A DNA stretch of 63,432 nucleotides, filler included. It is 7 parts of 7 records of this genome, joined end to end, with 100 filler letters (N's around TTAATTAATTAA, not from the genome) between each part and the next. Parts side by side here need not be neighbours in the genome. Positions count along the whole stretch, not along the records: positions 51,644 to 54,736 come from SRR20825010_5480; positions 54,837 to 60,158 come from SRR20825010_5484; positions 60,259 to 63,432 come from SRR20825010_5510; 4 more parts are not named here. The stretch is one strand, 5' to 3'. The number at the start of each line of letters is the position of its first letter. Position 1 is the first letter of the stretch. Made by a program: the position numbers and the translations under genes. The notes under the pieces were generated by a model that searched no databases, was not told the origin of the DNA, and worked only from the letters and a program-made list of their open reading frames with translations. Shown piece after piece: positions 53,009 through 63,431 of this stretch.

Positions 53009-54274
53009 TTAAATCCCGCCCAGATCAAAGGCTTCTGCAAGACCTTCGCCGGTGCGCGGGACGTTCTGTGCATCCGTGTTCTGATGCAGTTCTGCGATGT
53101 CACCGTCATATACCAGCGATGAAACATGCAGTGCCAGCATCGGATGGGTCAGCCCGACAAATGTCAGGATGCCGAAGACAGGTGTTGCAAGCAGCATCAG
53201 GATAAAGAACGGTGCCAGGATCGCCAGAACCTGTTCCGGTGGCATATAGGATGCCGCGTTATTTGCAAGGATCGAGAATGCGGCAAAACCACCGGTGACC
53301 GACAGCAGGGCAACAAAGACAATCCCCGCCAAAACCATCAACAGCAGGAAGCGCAGCAACAGTTTGATATATTGCCTGGTCGCTAGCGTGCTGCCAAATT
53401 GCAGGCCTGCAAGGGTGGTGTTTTCGCTTTGATACCGGAAGCACCATACATGGTACCAGGCCATCCCGAAGACGATCACGAGATACGGAATAAAGGCCAG
53501 CGGCACGATATAAAACGGGGAGTGCGTAAAGTTAACCGCCGCCGCAATAATGCCGCCCGATATGGCAATCGCGACCAGACACAGGAGCCAGGTCAGGATC
53601 CACTTTTTGAAGGCAGGGCCGAATGTACCGGTAAAGCGTGCCTGATGGTCGCCGATCCAGGTGTTGTTGGTTTCATAGCGGGTCAGCGTAATAAAGCTGA
53701 GCGGCATCAGAATGCCCAGCGACAGGATGGCTGCCAAAAAGCTGCCAAAGCCGATCAGGGCATATTTGAAGGACGAACCGCCCAGTTTCCCGCGAATGCC
53801 GCGCCAGAAGGTGCGGCTCATGCGATAGCGCGTGGCGCGATAGATCGCGACAAAAATCAGAAACAGAATGACGGCATACATCACGATAATCTGCAATCCC
53901 TGCATGGCCGGGGGCAGTTGGGCCGAGATAAAGCCCAGCAGCAGGGACGCGGGGATAAAGATGACCGAGATAATCAGGAAGCCAAGGAAAAGTTCCAACC
54001 CGCGGCCGGTATATTCCAACGCATCACCATCAATGACGATGTTGCTCCAGATATAGCGGCGCATCCGGGTTTTGGCCCAGAAACGGAATATGCCCAATGT
54101 CAGGATGGTCCAAAGCGTGTTCCAGCAGCAAAGTTTCAGAACGTCCTGCCAGCGACCGTAATATTGAATCTGGCCGTTATGGTATTCGGCGTTTTCGCTG
54201 TTTTCAGCAATATCTGCCGCCGCCTGAGAGCCATTATTGGCTTCAGGAAGTTCATTTTCGTCGTGTGTGCTCAT
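53009..54274 (-). CDS. YjgN/DUF898 membrane protein
   Basis: LTLGIFRFWAKTRMRRY, YTGRGLELF, SRTFWRGIR; GAGGG RBS before the ATG at 54274. Confidence 0.88.
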   Translation of the reverse strand: MSTHDENELPEANNGSQAAADIAENSENAEYHNGQIQYYGRWQDVLKLCCWNTLWTILTLGIFRFWAKTRMRRYIWSNIVIDGDALEYTGRGLELFLGFLIISVIFIPASLLLGFISAQLPPAMQGLQIIVMYAVILFLIFVAIYRATRYRMSRTFWRGIRGKLGGSSFKYALIGFGSFLAAILSLGILMPLSFITLTRYETNNTWIGDHQARFTGTFGPAFKKWILTWLLCLVAIAISGGIIAAAVNFTHSPFYIVPLAFIPYLVIVFGMAWYHVWCFRYQSENTTLAGLQFGSTLATRQYIKLLLRFLLLMVLAGIVFVALLSVTGGFAAFSILANNAASYMPPEQVLAILAPFFILMLLATPVFGILTFVGLTHPMLALHVSSLVYDGDIAELHQNTDAQNVPRTGEGLAEAFDLGGI

Positions 54275-54736
54275 AGTCCCCTCGGTTCTAAGACCAGTTT
54301 CAGGATCAGTGGTGAAAAATGACACCGCTTGTTTTCGCGGATTTTAATCTTCCCCAAGTTTGATTTAACGTGGTTTATCAACAAGATCACCCACTCAAAA
54401 GGTTAGGGACGCCCAATCAGGGCCATTTTTGTTACCAGAAGTAGCTGGCGGTTGAATGGTTTTGGTATGAAGGCTACCCATCAGGTATTTCGCGCGTGCC
54501 GCAATCGGGACTTCGCAGCCGCAGCGAATCAAATCTGTACAGATTCGCGATTTTTGTTCGCAAATACGTTTCGTGATTGCTGTGTGGTGACTATTGTTCA
54601 TCTAACGTGCGCTCAAAAAATGCAGGCGAACTGTTTGTTACATCGACGTTTCTTTGATTTTATCTATCGAAAGTCACCGCGCGATTTGACTTTTGAATGA
54701 ATTAATAGGCATTAATATAAGTTCAGGGAGAATGTT

Positions 54737-54836
54737 NNNNNNNNNNNNNNNNNNNNNNNNNNNNNNNNNNNNNNNNNNNNTTAATTAATTAANNNNNNNN
54801 NNNNNNNNNNNNNNNNNNNNNNNNNNNNNNNNNNNN
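54737..54836. other. Artificial contig spacer
   Basis: N44-TTAATTAATTAA-N44. Confidence 0.99.
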
Positions 54837-55471
54837 CACTTCCATTCTTTGGAATTGAGCCACTTATGGTGGATAACGAAGGTGCTGTGTTGGAGGGACC
54901 TTGCGAAGGCATGCTATGTATCAAGGATAGCTGGCCTGGCCAGATGCGAACGGTTTATGGTGATCATGACCGCTTTATTCAGACCTATTTTTCGAATTTC
55001 GATGGGCTTTATTTCACGGGCGATGGCGCGCGTCGGGATGAAGATGGATATTACTGGATCACTGGACGCGTTGATGATGTGATCAATGTATCTGGCCACA
55101 GGATGGGAACCGCCGAGGTGGAAAGCGCTCTTGTTGCGCATGAGCTTGTGGCCGAAGCCGCCGTTGTCGGATATCCGCATGATATCAAGGGACAGGGGAT
55201 TTATGCCTATGTCACTTTGACATCGGGGATTGAGCCATCAGAGGAATTACGTGCTGAACTGGTCAAGTGGGTTCGCCATGAAATTGGTCCAATTGCCACA
55301 CCGGATCTGATCCAGTGGGCGCCGGGATTGCCAAAAACACGCTCGGGCAAGATTATGCGGCGTATCTTGCGCAAAGTGGCTGAAAACGACTATGGCAGCC
55401 TCGGGGATACCTCGACATTGGCTGAACCCGCGGTCGTTGAGGATCTGATCGAAAACAGGATGAATAAGTAA
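54837..55471 (+). CDS. acs: Acetyl-CoA synthetase (5'-partial)
   Basis: [39 protein letters not shown]. Confidence 0.97.
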
Positions 55472-55652
55472 GGCATGTATGCCAAAAAGCCCCTGCAAGA
55501 TTGATCAATGACAATATCCTAACTAATAGAGTATTATGGGTCTGCAGGGAACCGAAGAGCGAGGTTGTTGATATAAGAGAGCTTCTCCAGAAGCCGGGTA
55601 ATGTCGTCAATCTCTGTCAGTTCTCGGGATTATCGAGGGAGCATACGGCAGC

Positions 55653-56045
55653 ATGACACATACAGTGCTTGTGGTGGAGGACGAGCCGAATATTGTTTTG
55701 TCCTTACAGTTTATTCTAAGGCAGGCCGGATTCACAGTACGGGTGGCGCGGGATGGAGATCAGGCATTGCGTGCCATAGAGGACTATGTGCCCGATCTGG
55801 TGATACTGGACATTATGTTGCCCAAGCAGGATGGGTTCTCGGTTTGTGAAGCTATTCGCGCCAATGATGCCTGTGTAGATGTAAAAATCATCATGCTATC
55901 GGCAAAGAGCCGGGAGGCGGATAAGGAACGGGCTATTGCGCTTGGCGCGGATGAATTCGTGACGAAGCCGTTCTCCACTCGCGCGCTCGGAAAAATGGTG
56001 AAGGAAATTGTTGCACCGGTGAATTCGTCCCTGCATGCCAAATAG
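55653..56045 (+). CDS. Single-domain response regulator (REC only)
   Basis: VVEDE, LDIMLP phospho-Asp, KPF; ends without an output domain. Confidence 0.92.
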   Translation: MTHTVLVVEDEPNIVLSLQFILRQAGFTVRVARDGDQALRAIEDYVPDLVILDIMLPKQDGFSVCEAIRANDACVDVKIIMLSAKSREADKERAIALGADEFVTKPFSTRALGKMVKEIVAPVNSSLHAK

Positions 56046-56085
56046 GCGTGAAAGTCGGATGGGCCTATAAGACGGACTTAGTCAG

Positions 56086-56355
56086 ATGATAAGAACAGGA
56101 CGTAAAAAAGAATGGTCGGTTCTTCTGTTTGTCGCCTGTCTTGTTGCCTTCATGCCTCCCGTCATCGCCCTGTTTGACATTCCTTTTCGTGTATTCGGCA
56201 TTCCTCTCAGCTTTTTATTCTTGTTTGGGATCTGGGCCTTCGCCATCGCCATGACGGCGCTGGGCGCTAGGCGGGGCCCGGAAAAGGCTATCGGGCCACC
56301 CGAGGCCGAACGAGGCGGGGCCAGCACGCCTGACACTGTCCAAGGAAAACAATAA
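56086..56355 (+). CDS. Small two-helix membrane protein coupled to the kinase
   Basis: Two hydrophobic segments, GIPLSFLFLFGIW; TAATG stop/start overlap. Confidence 0.75.
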   Translation: MIRTGRKKEWSVLLFVACLVAFMPPVIALFDIPFRVFGIPLSFLFLFGIWAFAIAMTALGARRGPEKAIGPPEAERGGASTPDTVQGKQ

Positions 56356-59105
56356 TGTCAGGCGGGTTGGTACTGACTGTCTCCATTTTGTATCTGGGCC
56401 TCCTGTTCGCCATTGCCCAGTTTGTCGATCTGCAATCCGCCAAGGGCCGTCAGCTCACCAGAAATCCGTTTATCTATACTTTGTCAATCGGCGTTTTCTG
56501 CACCTCATGGACATTCTATGGCAGCGTCGGACTGGCGGCGACACAAGGCCTGGACTTCCTGCCCATATATCTTGGCCCGACACTCGTTTTTATCCTCTGG
56601 TCTGTCGTCTGGGTTAAGATTGTTCGTATTTGCAAAGTGCATCGAATTACCTCGATCGCCGACTTTATCGCGTCGCGCTACGGCAAGCAGGCGCGATTGG
56701 GCGGGCTTGTCACGATTATCGCGGTGGTTGGCACGATGCCATACATCTCGTTGCAGCTCAAATCCATCGCAACCAGCTTTCGAATTCTTGTCAGCTCATC
56801 GGAGACAGCACTGCTGCATGCACCGAATGAGCCTATTTTCTTCATCGATACAACCTTGATTGTGGCCATTGCGCTGGCACTTTTCGCTATCCTTTTCGGA
56901 ACGCGCCATATCGACGCGAGCGAGCATCATGAGGGGCTGGTAGCCGCAATCGCATTTGAGTCTGTGGTGAAGCTGGTTACGTTCCTTGCCGTAGGATTCT
57001 TTGTGACGTTTGGGCTCTACAACGGATTTTCAGACCTCTTTTCAACCGCCGCAGATAGAGGGTTGGATACGCTCTTCACTGTTTCCGCCGATAATGATTA
57101 CAGTGTTTGGATGACGATGACGATGCTCTCCATGGCGGCCATTATCTGTTTGCCGAGACAGTTTTATATGACGGCTGTCGAAAATCCCGATGAAGCTTTC
57201 CTCCGTAAGGCGACCTGGCTGTTTCCACTCTATCTTCTGGTGATCAATATATTCGTGTTGCCGATTGCGCTCGCAGGCCGTCTGTCTTTTGAGGGTGTCT
57301 CCGCCGATGCGGATATGTTCATGCTCACCGTGCCGCTGTTTCATGATCAGGCGTTCCTCGCGTTGATTGCCTTTATCGGGGGATTATCGGCGGCGACATC
57401 AATGGTGATTGTCGCCTCGATCGCGCTGGCGACGATGGTCTGTAATGATCTTATTATGCCGCTATTGCTCCGTTGGCGCGGTCTCAACATCAACAAGAAT
57501 GATGACTTAACGGGGCTTCTGCTCACGATCCGGCGGGTGAGTATTCTTCTGATCTTGATCCTTGGCTATGCCTATTACCTGATTGCGAGCGAGTCATATT
57601 CCCTCGTGACCATCGGGCTTGTCTCATTTGCCGCGGCGGCGCAATTCGCACCCGCCATCATCGGGGGTATTTTCTGGAAAGGAGCGTCGTATCGGGGGGC
57701 TATGACGGGCTTGGCGCTCGGTTTTGTCGTCTGGCTCTATACGCTTCTCCTCCCGTCATTCGCACAGTCAGGATGGCTGCCGATAAGCTTCATTGAGCAA
57801 GGGCCATATGGCCTTACGTTGCTGAAACCATATGCACTGTTCGGCATGGAGGGGTTTGATCGCCTGACCCATGCCCTGTTCTGGAGCATGCTTGTCAATA
57901 TAGGCGCCTACTGGATTGTCTCGCTTCTCTCGCACCAGACGGCTATCGAGCGTATTCAGGGAACCCTGTTTGTCGATGTGTTCGGCCATACGGATGATGA
58001 ACGCGATAGCCGCTACTGGCGTGGTTCTGCAACGGTTGCTGATTTGCAGCAGCTTGTTGGCCGGTTTGTCGGTGTTCAGCGGGCGGCGCAGGCCTTTGCT
58101 GATTTTGCCGCTGAGCGGGACATAAACCTGCGCAAAAGTCACTCGGCCGATGCCGCTCTGCTCGACTTTGCCGAGAAGATGTTGGCGGGGGCAATCGGTT
58201 CTGCAACGGCGCGTGTGATGGTCGGTTCCGTGGTCAAGGGGGAAATTGTTGGTCTTGATGAAGTGTATCGAATTTTGGATGAAACCAGCCAGGTCATTGA
58301 ATACAGCCATCGGCTGGAGCAAAAATCAGCTGAGTTGGAACAGGCAACGGCGCTGCTTCGCAACGCCAATGAGCGGCTGAAGGAACTGGATTCTCTGAAG
58401 GATCATTTTCTTTCTATGGTCAGCCATGAGCTTCGGACACCCCTGACATCACTCCGAGCCTTTGGGGAGATTCTGATCGATAACCCGGAGGTGTCACCCG
58501 AAGAGCGGGAGCGTTTCCTGAATGTCATTATCAAGGAAAGTTCTCGCCTGACCCGGCTAATTGACCAGCTTCTTGATCTTGCCCGCATGGAGGCGGGGCA
58601 GATGGATTGGTCGCTGGATACAGTTGATATCGCCGCCACAATACGCGAGGCAATGGCAACGCTTGCCGGCCTTATCAAGGAAAATGAAGTTGAGGTGGAA
58701 ACGCGCATTCCTGAAAATCTTCCGATGGTGAGGGCGGATCGGGATCAGCTTATTCAGGTGGTTATCAATCTGGTGTCAAACGCCATTAAGTTTTGTGACA
58801 AGGAAAAGGGCCATATTGCCCTCAGCGTTTCCGTCGAAGATGACATGCTGGAAGTAAGCGTTGCGGACAATGGAAAGGGGATCCCCATTGATATGATGGA
58901 ACGGATTTTCGAAAAGTTCCATCAGTCGATTGGCCGGGATGAAGACAAACCACAAGGATCAGGTCTTGGTCTTGCGATCTGCCGGGAGATTGTATCCTTC
59001 CTTGGTGGTCATATCTGGGTCACAAACATAGAAAAGAGCGGGGCAACCTTCGCCTTTACAGTTCCTCGTGCCGATCGTCAGGATGTCAGGCTCTCTGCCG
59101 AATAA
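56355..59105 (+). CDS. Sodium:solute symporter (SLC5)-STAC-histidine kinase fusion (CrbS/CbrA-related)
   Basis: CTSWTFYGSVG, PYISLQLK and LPRQF SLC5-kinase motifs; STAC-like LAGAIGSATARVMV; SHELRTP, NLVSNAIKF, GSGLGL. Confidence 0.92.
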   Translation: MSGGLVLTVSILYLGLLFAIAQFVDLQSAKGRQLTRNPFIYTLSIGVFCTSWTFYGSVGLAATQGLDFLPIYLGPTLVFILWSVVWVKIVRICKVHRITSIADFIASRYGKQARLGGLVTIIAVVGTMPYISLQLKSIATSFRILVSSSETALLHAPNEPIFFIDTTLIVAIALALFAILFGTRHIDASEHHEGLVAAIAFESVVKLVTFLAVGFFVTFGLYNGFSDLFSTAADRGLDTLFTVSADNDYSVWMTMTMLSMAAIICLPRQFYMTAVENPDEAFLRKATWLFPLYLLVINIFVLPIALAGRLSFEGVSADADMFMLTVPLFHDQAFLALIAFIGGLSAATSMVIVASIALATMVCNDLIMPLLLRWRGLNINKNDDLTGLLLTIRRVSILLILILGYAYYLIASESYSLVTIGLVSFAAAAQFAPAIIGGIFWKGASYRGAMTGLALGFVVWLYTLLLPSFAQSGWLPISFIEQGPYGLTLLKPYALFGMEGFDRLTHALFWSMLVNIGAYWIVSLLSHQTAIERIQGTLFVDVFGHTDDERDSRYWRGSATVADLQQLVGRFVGVQRAAQAFADFAAERDINLRKSHSADAALLDFAEKMLAGAIGSATARVMVGSVVKGEIVGLDEVYRILDETSQVIEYSHRLEQKSAELEQATALLRNANERLKELDSLKDHFLSMVSHELRTPLTSLRAFGEILIDNPEVSPEERERFLNVIIKESSRLTRLIDQLLDLARMEAGQMDWSLDTVDIAATIREAMATLAGLIKENEVEVETRIPENLPMVRADRDQLIQVVINLVSNAIKFCDKEKGHIALSVSVEDDMLEVSVADNGKGIPIDMMERIFEKFHQSIGRDEDKPQGSGLGLAICREIVSFLGGHIWVTNIEKSGATFAFTVPRADRQDVRLSAE

Positions 59106-59109
59106 GGGA

Positions 59110-59874
59110 TTAGCTATATGCCCTGTAGATCATGGCAATACCAATAAACGCGACCAGCCCCAGAACAATTTTCTTGAAGGTCTTCTGATCGATAAGGTGC
59201 CGTATCTTTGTGCCCAGCCACATCCCCGCAAACAGCGGGCCGAGGCCAATCAGGCTATAGGCAATGTCCGTGGGATTTAGAAAGTTCATGCTTTGCAGGC
59301 TGAGCAGCAGGAAGATACTGCCGCCAAAAAGCATGACACTGACCGCGGCAACGAACTTTTCCTTTTCCAGGCCAAGCGCGATAAAGAAGAAGACCGGTAG
59401 CGTTCCAAAAAGCGTTGTAATGCCACCGATTATACCTGCAGCGAGGCCCACCGTCGGTCCGGATAACTTTTCATGCGTGCCGAGAAAAGAAAAGGAAATG
59501 CCAAAATATTCAAGCCCGGAAATGAGGATCAAAAAGCTGCCGACCGCGATCAGAAGATATTTCGTATCCACGGTCGAAAGCATAAAGACACCAATCGGCA
59601 ATCCGATAAACAGCCCCAGCAGCAGTAGCCAGTGCCGGGCAATTGATGCCTTGATCTGTCCGGACATGATCATCTGAACAGAGTTGGTGATGACCATCGG
59701 TAAGGTCATGATGGCGACAGCAGATGGAAGGTTTATAAAAAAAACAATAATAGGCACTGCAATCGTCGGCAGGCCAAAGGCAGAAATGCCCTTTACGACA
59801 CCTCCGAGCGCAAAGGCAACGCACACAACGAGTAAATGGAAAAGATTGAATTCGGGGAGATATTGGGTGATCAT
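59110..59874 (-). CDS. TauE/SafE sulfite-exporter family membrane protein
   Basis: GGVVKGISAFG, multiple TM helices, GMWLGTKIR. Confidence 0.85.
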   Translation of the reverse strand: MITQYLPEFNLFHLLVVCVAFALGGVVKGISAFGLPTIAVPIIVFFINLPSAVAIMTLPMVITNSVQMIMSGQIKASIARHWLLLLGLFIGLPIGVFMLSTVDTKYLLIAVGSFLILISGLEYFGISFSFLGTHEKLSGPTVGLAAGIIGGITTLFGTLPVFFFIALGLEKEKFVAAVSVMLFGGSIFLLLSLQSMNFLNPTDIAYSLIGLGPLFAGMWLGTKIRHLIDQKTFKKIVLGLVAFIGIAMIYRAYS

Positions 59875-60019
59875 GGTGGGGCCGCATTCAGAAAAAAACT
59901 CCAGCCAGGACGGGAAAATGACCCTGACACTCTTAGAAAACTATGGACCATAAAAAGACACCGCCGCCAACCACTTTATTCAATTGTCGATGATATAAAC
60001 TCATGTTCGGAGAAGCATA

Positions 60020-60158
60020 TTGAAAGTCTGGGTAATAAACGCAGAGGGTGGCATCGACGGCCTTCAAATGATCGATCGGGATATTCCGAAACCCGGCCCT
60101 GGCGAAATTCTGGTGCGCCTGAAGGCGAATTCCATCAACTATCGGGATTTGTCGACCA
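60020..60158 (+). CDS. Zn-type alcohol dehydrogenase/quinone reductase family (3'-partial, TTG start)
   Basis: PKPGPGEILVRLKANSINYRD; GGAGA RBS. Confidence 0.85.
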
Positions 60159-60258
60159 NNNNNNNNNNNNNNNNNNNNNNNNNNNNNNNNNNNNNNNNNN
60201 NNTTAATTAATTAANNNNNNNNNNNNNNNNNNNNNNNNNNNNNNNNNNNNNNNNNNNN
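60159..60258. other. Artificial contig spacer
   Basis: N44-TTAATTAATTAA-N44. Confidence 0.99.
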
Positions 60259-60585
60259 CGTGTCCATCATGCCGGGCATGGAGGCGCGGGCGCCGGAGCG
60301 GACCGAGAGCAGCAACGGCTGTTCCGGATCGCCGAAGGCGCGCCCGGCAATGGCGCCGACCTTGACCAGCGCATCGGTGACAGCTGCCTCAAGCCCGTCG
60401 GGCATCTTGCGGCCATTGTCGTAGTACCAGACGCAGGCATCGGTGGTGATCGTCAGGCCTGGGGGCACCGGGAGGCCGAGATTGCACATTTCGGCAAGAT
60501 TGGCGCCCTTGCCGCCCAACAGATTGCGATCGGCGGCGGAGCCTTCGGCCTGCCCGTCTCCAAAAGTGTAGACCCACTTCGTCAT
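60259..60585 (-). CDS. ppdK: Pyruvate phosphate dikinase (3'-partial)
   Basis: MTKWVYTFG, LLGGKGANLAEM, SVRSGARASMPGMMDT. Confidence 0.96.
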
Positions 60586-61042
60586 CACTTGACCTTCCCT
60601 CGTCAGCAACCCGCACCGCCGCCGGCGAATGCTTCCTCTCCCGGGAGGCCCGGGCGGCTGGCGATCCGGCAAGACGCTGTTTTCAATAACCTTGCTTGGG
60701 GTGCTAAGCGTATGGCGAGCGAAATACAATGCGCAATTTGGCCGAGGCGGCGACTAAATCGATCCAACGGACAAGGAAGATGTCCGCAGTGTTGCAGGCG
60801 TGACGCAGACCGGCAATCCGGAGGCTCGTCGCGGATTTCCGGTCCTTGCCGGCCCGAATCGGCTGTCACGGCGCATCACCAAAGGCAACGCAAAGTGATT
60901 GTAACAGCAGCATAATCCACGCCAGGCCGGAGAATGACGTATGGACCCGGTCGCAACGGCGCTTTAACAGGATTGGAAAATCCGGCCGTTACGGGACTCG
61001 CGGCCGGTTTCCCTTTCCGCTTGAGTCCGGAGGCACGCCAGC

Positions 61043-62185
61043 ATGTCGTCTGCATCCCGCGCACCCGTTCCCTTCGTCGATCTTGGCGCCCAGAAGGCAC
61101 GCATCCGTGACCGCATCGATGCGGCTGTCGCCCGGGTTCTGGACCACGGGCAGTTCATCATGGGCCCCGAAGTCGCCGAGCTTGAAGCCCAACTCGCCGC
61201 CCATAGCGGCGCGCAGCATGTCATCGCCTGCTCGTCCGGCACCGATGCGCTGGCGATGGTGCTGATGGCGAAGAACCTGCGGCCGGGCCAGGCGATCTTC
61301 TGCCCGGCGTTCACCTTCGTCGCGACGGCCGAAGTGGTGGCTTGGCTCGGCGCGCATGTCTGGTTCGTCGATGTCGACGCCGACACGTTCAACATGGATC
61401 CCGCCTCGCTCGAGATCGCCATCGCATCGGCAAGAGAGGCGGGGCAGGAGCCGGTCGGCATCATCCCCGTCGATCTGTTCGGGCTTCCCGCCGATTACGA
61501 CGCGGTGTCGAAGATCGCGGCGCGCGAAGGGCTTTGGATCCTGGGCGACGCCGCGCAAGGCTACGGCGCGCGCTACCGCAACCGCCGCGTCGGCACGCTG
61601 GCGATGGCGACGGCCACCAGCTTTTTCCCGGCCAAGCCGCTCGGCGCCTATGGCGATGGCGGCGCGATCTTCACCGACGATGCCGAACTCGCCGCCACGC
61701 TGCGCTCGATCCTGTTTCACGGCAAGGGCGAAAACCAGTATGACAACGTGCGGGTCGGCATGACCGGCCGGATCGACACGATGCAGGCAGCGATCCTGAT
61801 CGAGAAACTGGCGATCTTCGACGACGAGATCGAAGCGCGCAACCGGATTGCCGCCCGATACACCTCATTGCTGGAAGGCCACGTGGCGACCCCGAAGGTG
61901 CCGGACGGGCTGCAGTCGGTCTGGGCGCAATACACGATCAAGCTGCCGGAAGGCGCGGACCGGGCAGCGATTCAGGCCCGGATGAAGGAAGAAGGCGTGC
62001 CGACGGCGGTCTACTATCCCAAGCCGCTGCACCGGCAGGATGCCTACAGCCACCACGGGGTTGCCGGCGGCGAACTGCCGGTCACGGACCGGCTGTCGGC
62101 CAGCGTGCTCAGCCTGCCGATGCACCCCTATCTCGATGACGAAACCCAGGGCCGGGTGGTCGCGGCGTTGATTTCGGCGTTGTAA
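61043..62185 (+). CDS. DegT/DnrJ/EryC1/StrS sugar aminotransferase
   Basis: SGTDAL, DAAQ, SFFPAKPLGAYGDGG, LSLPMHP. Confidence 0.95.
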   Translation: MSSASRAPVPFVDLGAQKARIRDRIDAAVARVLDHGQFIMGPEVAELEAQLAAHSGAQHVIACSSGTDALAMVLMAKNLRPGQAIFCPAFTFVATAEVVAWLGAHVWFVDVDADTFNMDPASLEIAIASAREAGQEPVGIIPVDLFGLPADYDAVSKIAAREGLWILGDAAQGYGARYRNRRVGTLAMATATSFFPAKPLGAYGDGGAIFTDDAELAATLRSILFHGKGENQYDNVRVGMTGRIDTMQAAILIEKLAIFDDEIEARNRIAARYTSLLEGHVATPKVPDGLQSVWAQYTIKLPEGADRAAIQARMKEEGVPTAVYYPKPLHRQDAYSHHGVAGGELPVTDRLSASVLSLPMHPYLDDETQGRVVAALISAL

Positions 62186-62221
62186 GCCGGCCGGCGCTGG
62201 CGGCTGCTTGCCAGGGGCGAG

Positions 62222-63169
62222 CTAGCGAGCCAGCGCCGCCATGCGCCTGATGAAATCGGCACAGGCCTCGGGAGCGGTGACCAGTATCATGTGGCCGCGA
62301 CTCGGCAATTCCTCATACTGCAAGCCATAGGCCTGCATCGAACGCCCGTGCAATTCCGGTGACAGCAGCCGGTCCTCCGCCCCGAACAGGATGCCGCCGG
62401 GGACCTTCAACTCAGCCGCATAGCGCGCCACCTGGTCCGGCATCGACAAGGTCACGCCCTGCAGATCGGTCGAGGCGCCGATGAAGGACGAGGGCCGCAA
62501 GCCAAGAAAGCCGCCTCCCCTCGTCATGAAGTCGGCGGGCCCCTTTTCCGGCGCGAACACCTGGGCAACCACCGTGTCGCTTGTCAGCTTGGCGACGGGT
62601 GCTGCGACCGTGTATCCGATCAGCCGGCGCAGGAATGCGGACCGGACCACCAGCGGCCTGAACACCGCCGGCGGCGCCGGGATGTTTTGGGTCAGGGGGC
62701 ACAGAAGCGCCAGCGCCCCGATCCTGTCCCCGCGCTCAAGCGCCATCGCCAGGGAGAGCGCGCCGCCGAGGGAATGGCCGACCAGGACCGGCTTGTCGAT
62801 GCCGAGCTTTTCAAGGAAGTCTCCGATCATTCCGGCCTGGGCAGGCAAGGCGGCGAGATCGTCGCGGTCGCGGGTGGAGTATCCCGAGCCGGGGCGGTCG
62901 ATGGCGATCACCCTGAAATCGGACGACAGCTCATCGGCCAGCGCATAGGTGCAATTGTGCATGTTGCCTGCCAGGCCGTGGATCAGCACCACTGTCTGGC
63001 CGTCGCGCGGGCCCTGGTCGGTGTAGTGGATCGTGCCGCCGCGCACCGGCAGGATCTGACCGGCCGGCGGGACCGTTTCCTCCGCACCGGCGGCAAGCTT
63101 CCGCGTCCAGAGCCAGCTCAGGGCCAGCAGACAAAACAGACCAAGCAGCAACCCGGATATGACAGACAT
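62222..63169 (-). CDS. Alpha/beta hydrolase with N-terminal membrane anchor
   Basis: IHGLAG, DRPGSGYS, GHSLGG, GHM. Confidence 0.92.
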   Translation of the reverse strand: MSVISGLLLGLFCLLALSWLWTRKLAAGAEETVPPAGQILPVRGGTIHYTDQGPRDGQTVVLIHGLAGNMHNCTYALADELSSDFRVIAIDRPGSGYSTRDRDDLAALPAQAGMIGDFLEKLGIDKPVLVGHSLGGALSLAMALERGDRIGALALLCPLTQNIPAPPAVFRPLVVRSAFLRRLIGYTVAAPVAKLTSDTVVAQVFAPEKGPADFMTRGGGFLGLRPSSFIGASTDLQGVTLSMPDQVARYAAELKVPGGILFGAEDRLLSPELHGRSMQAYGLQYEELPSRGHMILVTAPEACADFIRRMAALAR

Positions 63170-63332
63170 TAAAAAAGCCCCCTCACCGGCGTTGCAGGGC
63201 AATGGCGCCTGACGGCCGGGGGCCAAGTATCGGAAATGGGATAATGGCCGTCAATCGGGGTGCGGGCAGCAAATTGACCGGACGCCGCGGGCCGGGCCGC
63301 GCGCCTGCCCTGCCAGACTCGACCGGCCCGGA

Positions 63333-63431
63333 TCAACCCGCTTCGCGCAGTTGCTCGGCGGTCTGAAGATCGACCGAGACCAGCTGGCTCACCCCCTGCT
63401 CGGCCATGGTGACGCCGAACAGGCGGTTCAT
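63333..63431 (-). CDS. smc: C-terminus of chromosome segregation protein SMC (5'-partial; absent from the ORF track)
   Basis: Manual translation: [32 protein letters not shown]. Confidence 0.85.
   Translation of the reverse strand: MNRLFGVTMAEQGVSQLVSVDLQTAEQLREAG

Noticed and set aside
54701..54716. TTAA-N6-TTAA as a CtrA box
   Set aside because: Spacing is 6 rather than the canonical 7, in an AT-rich promoter region
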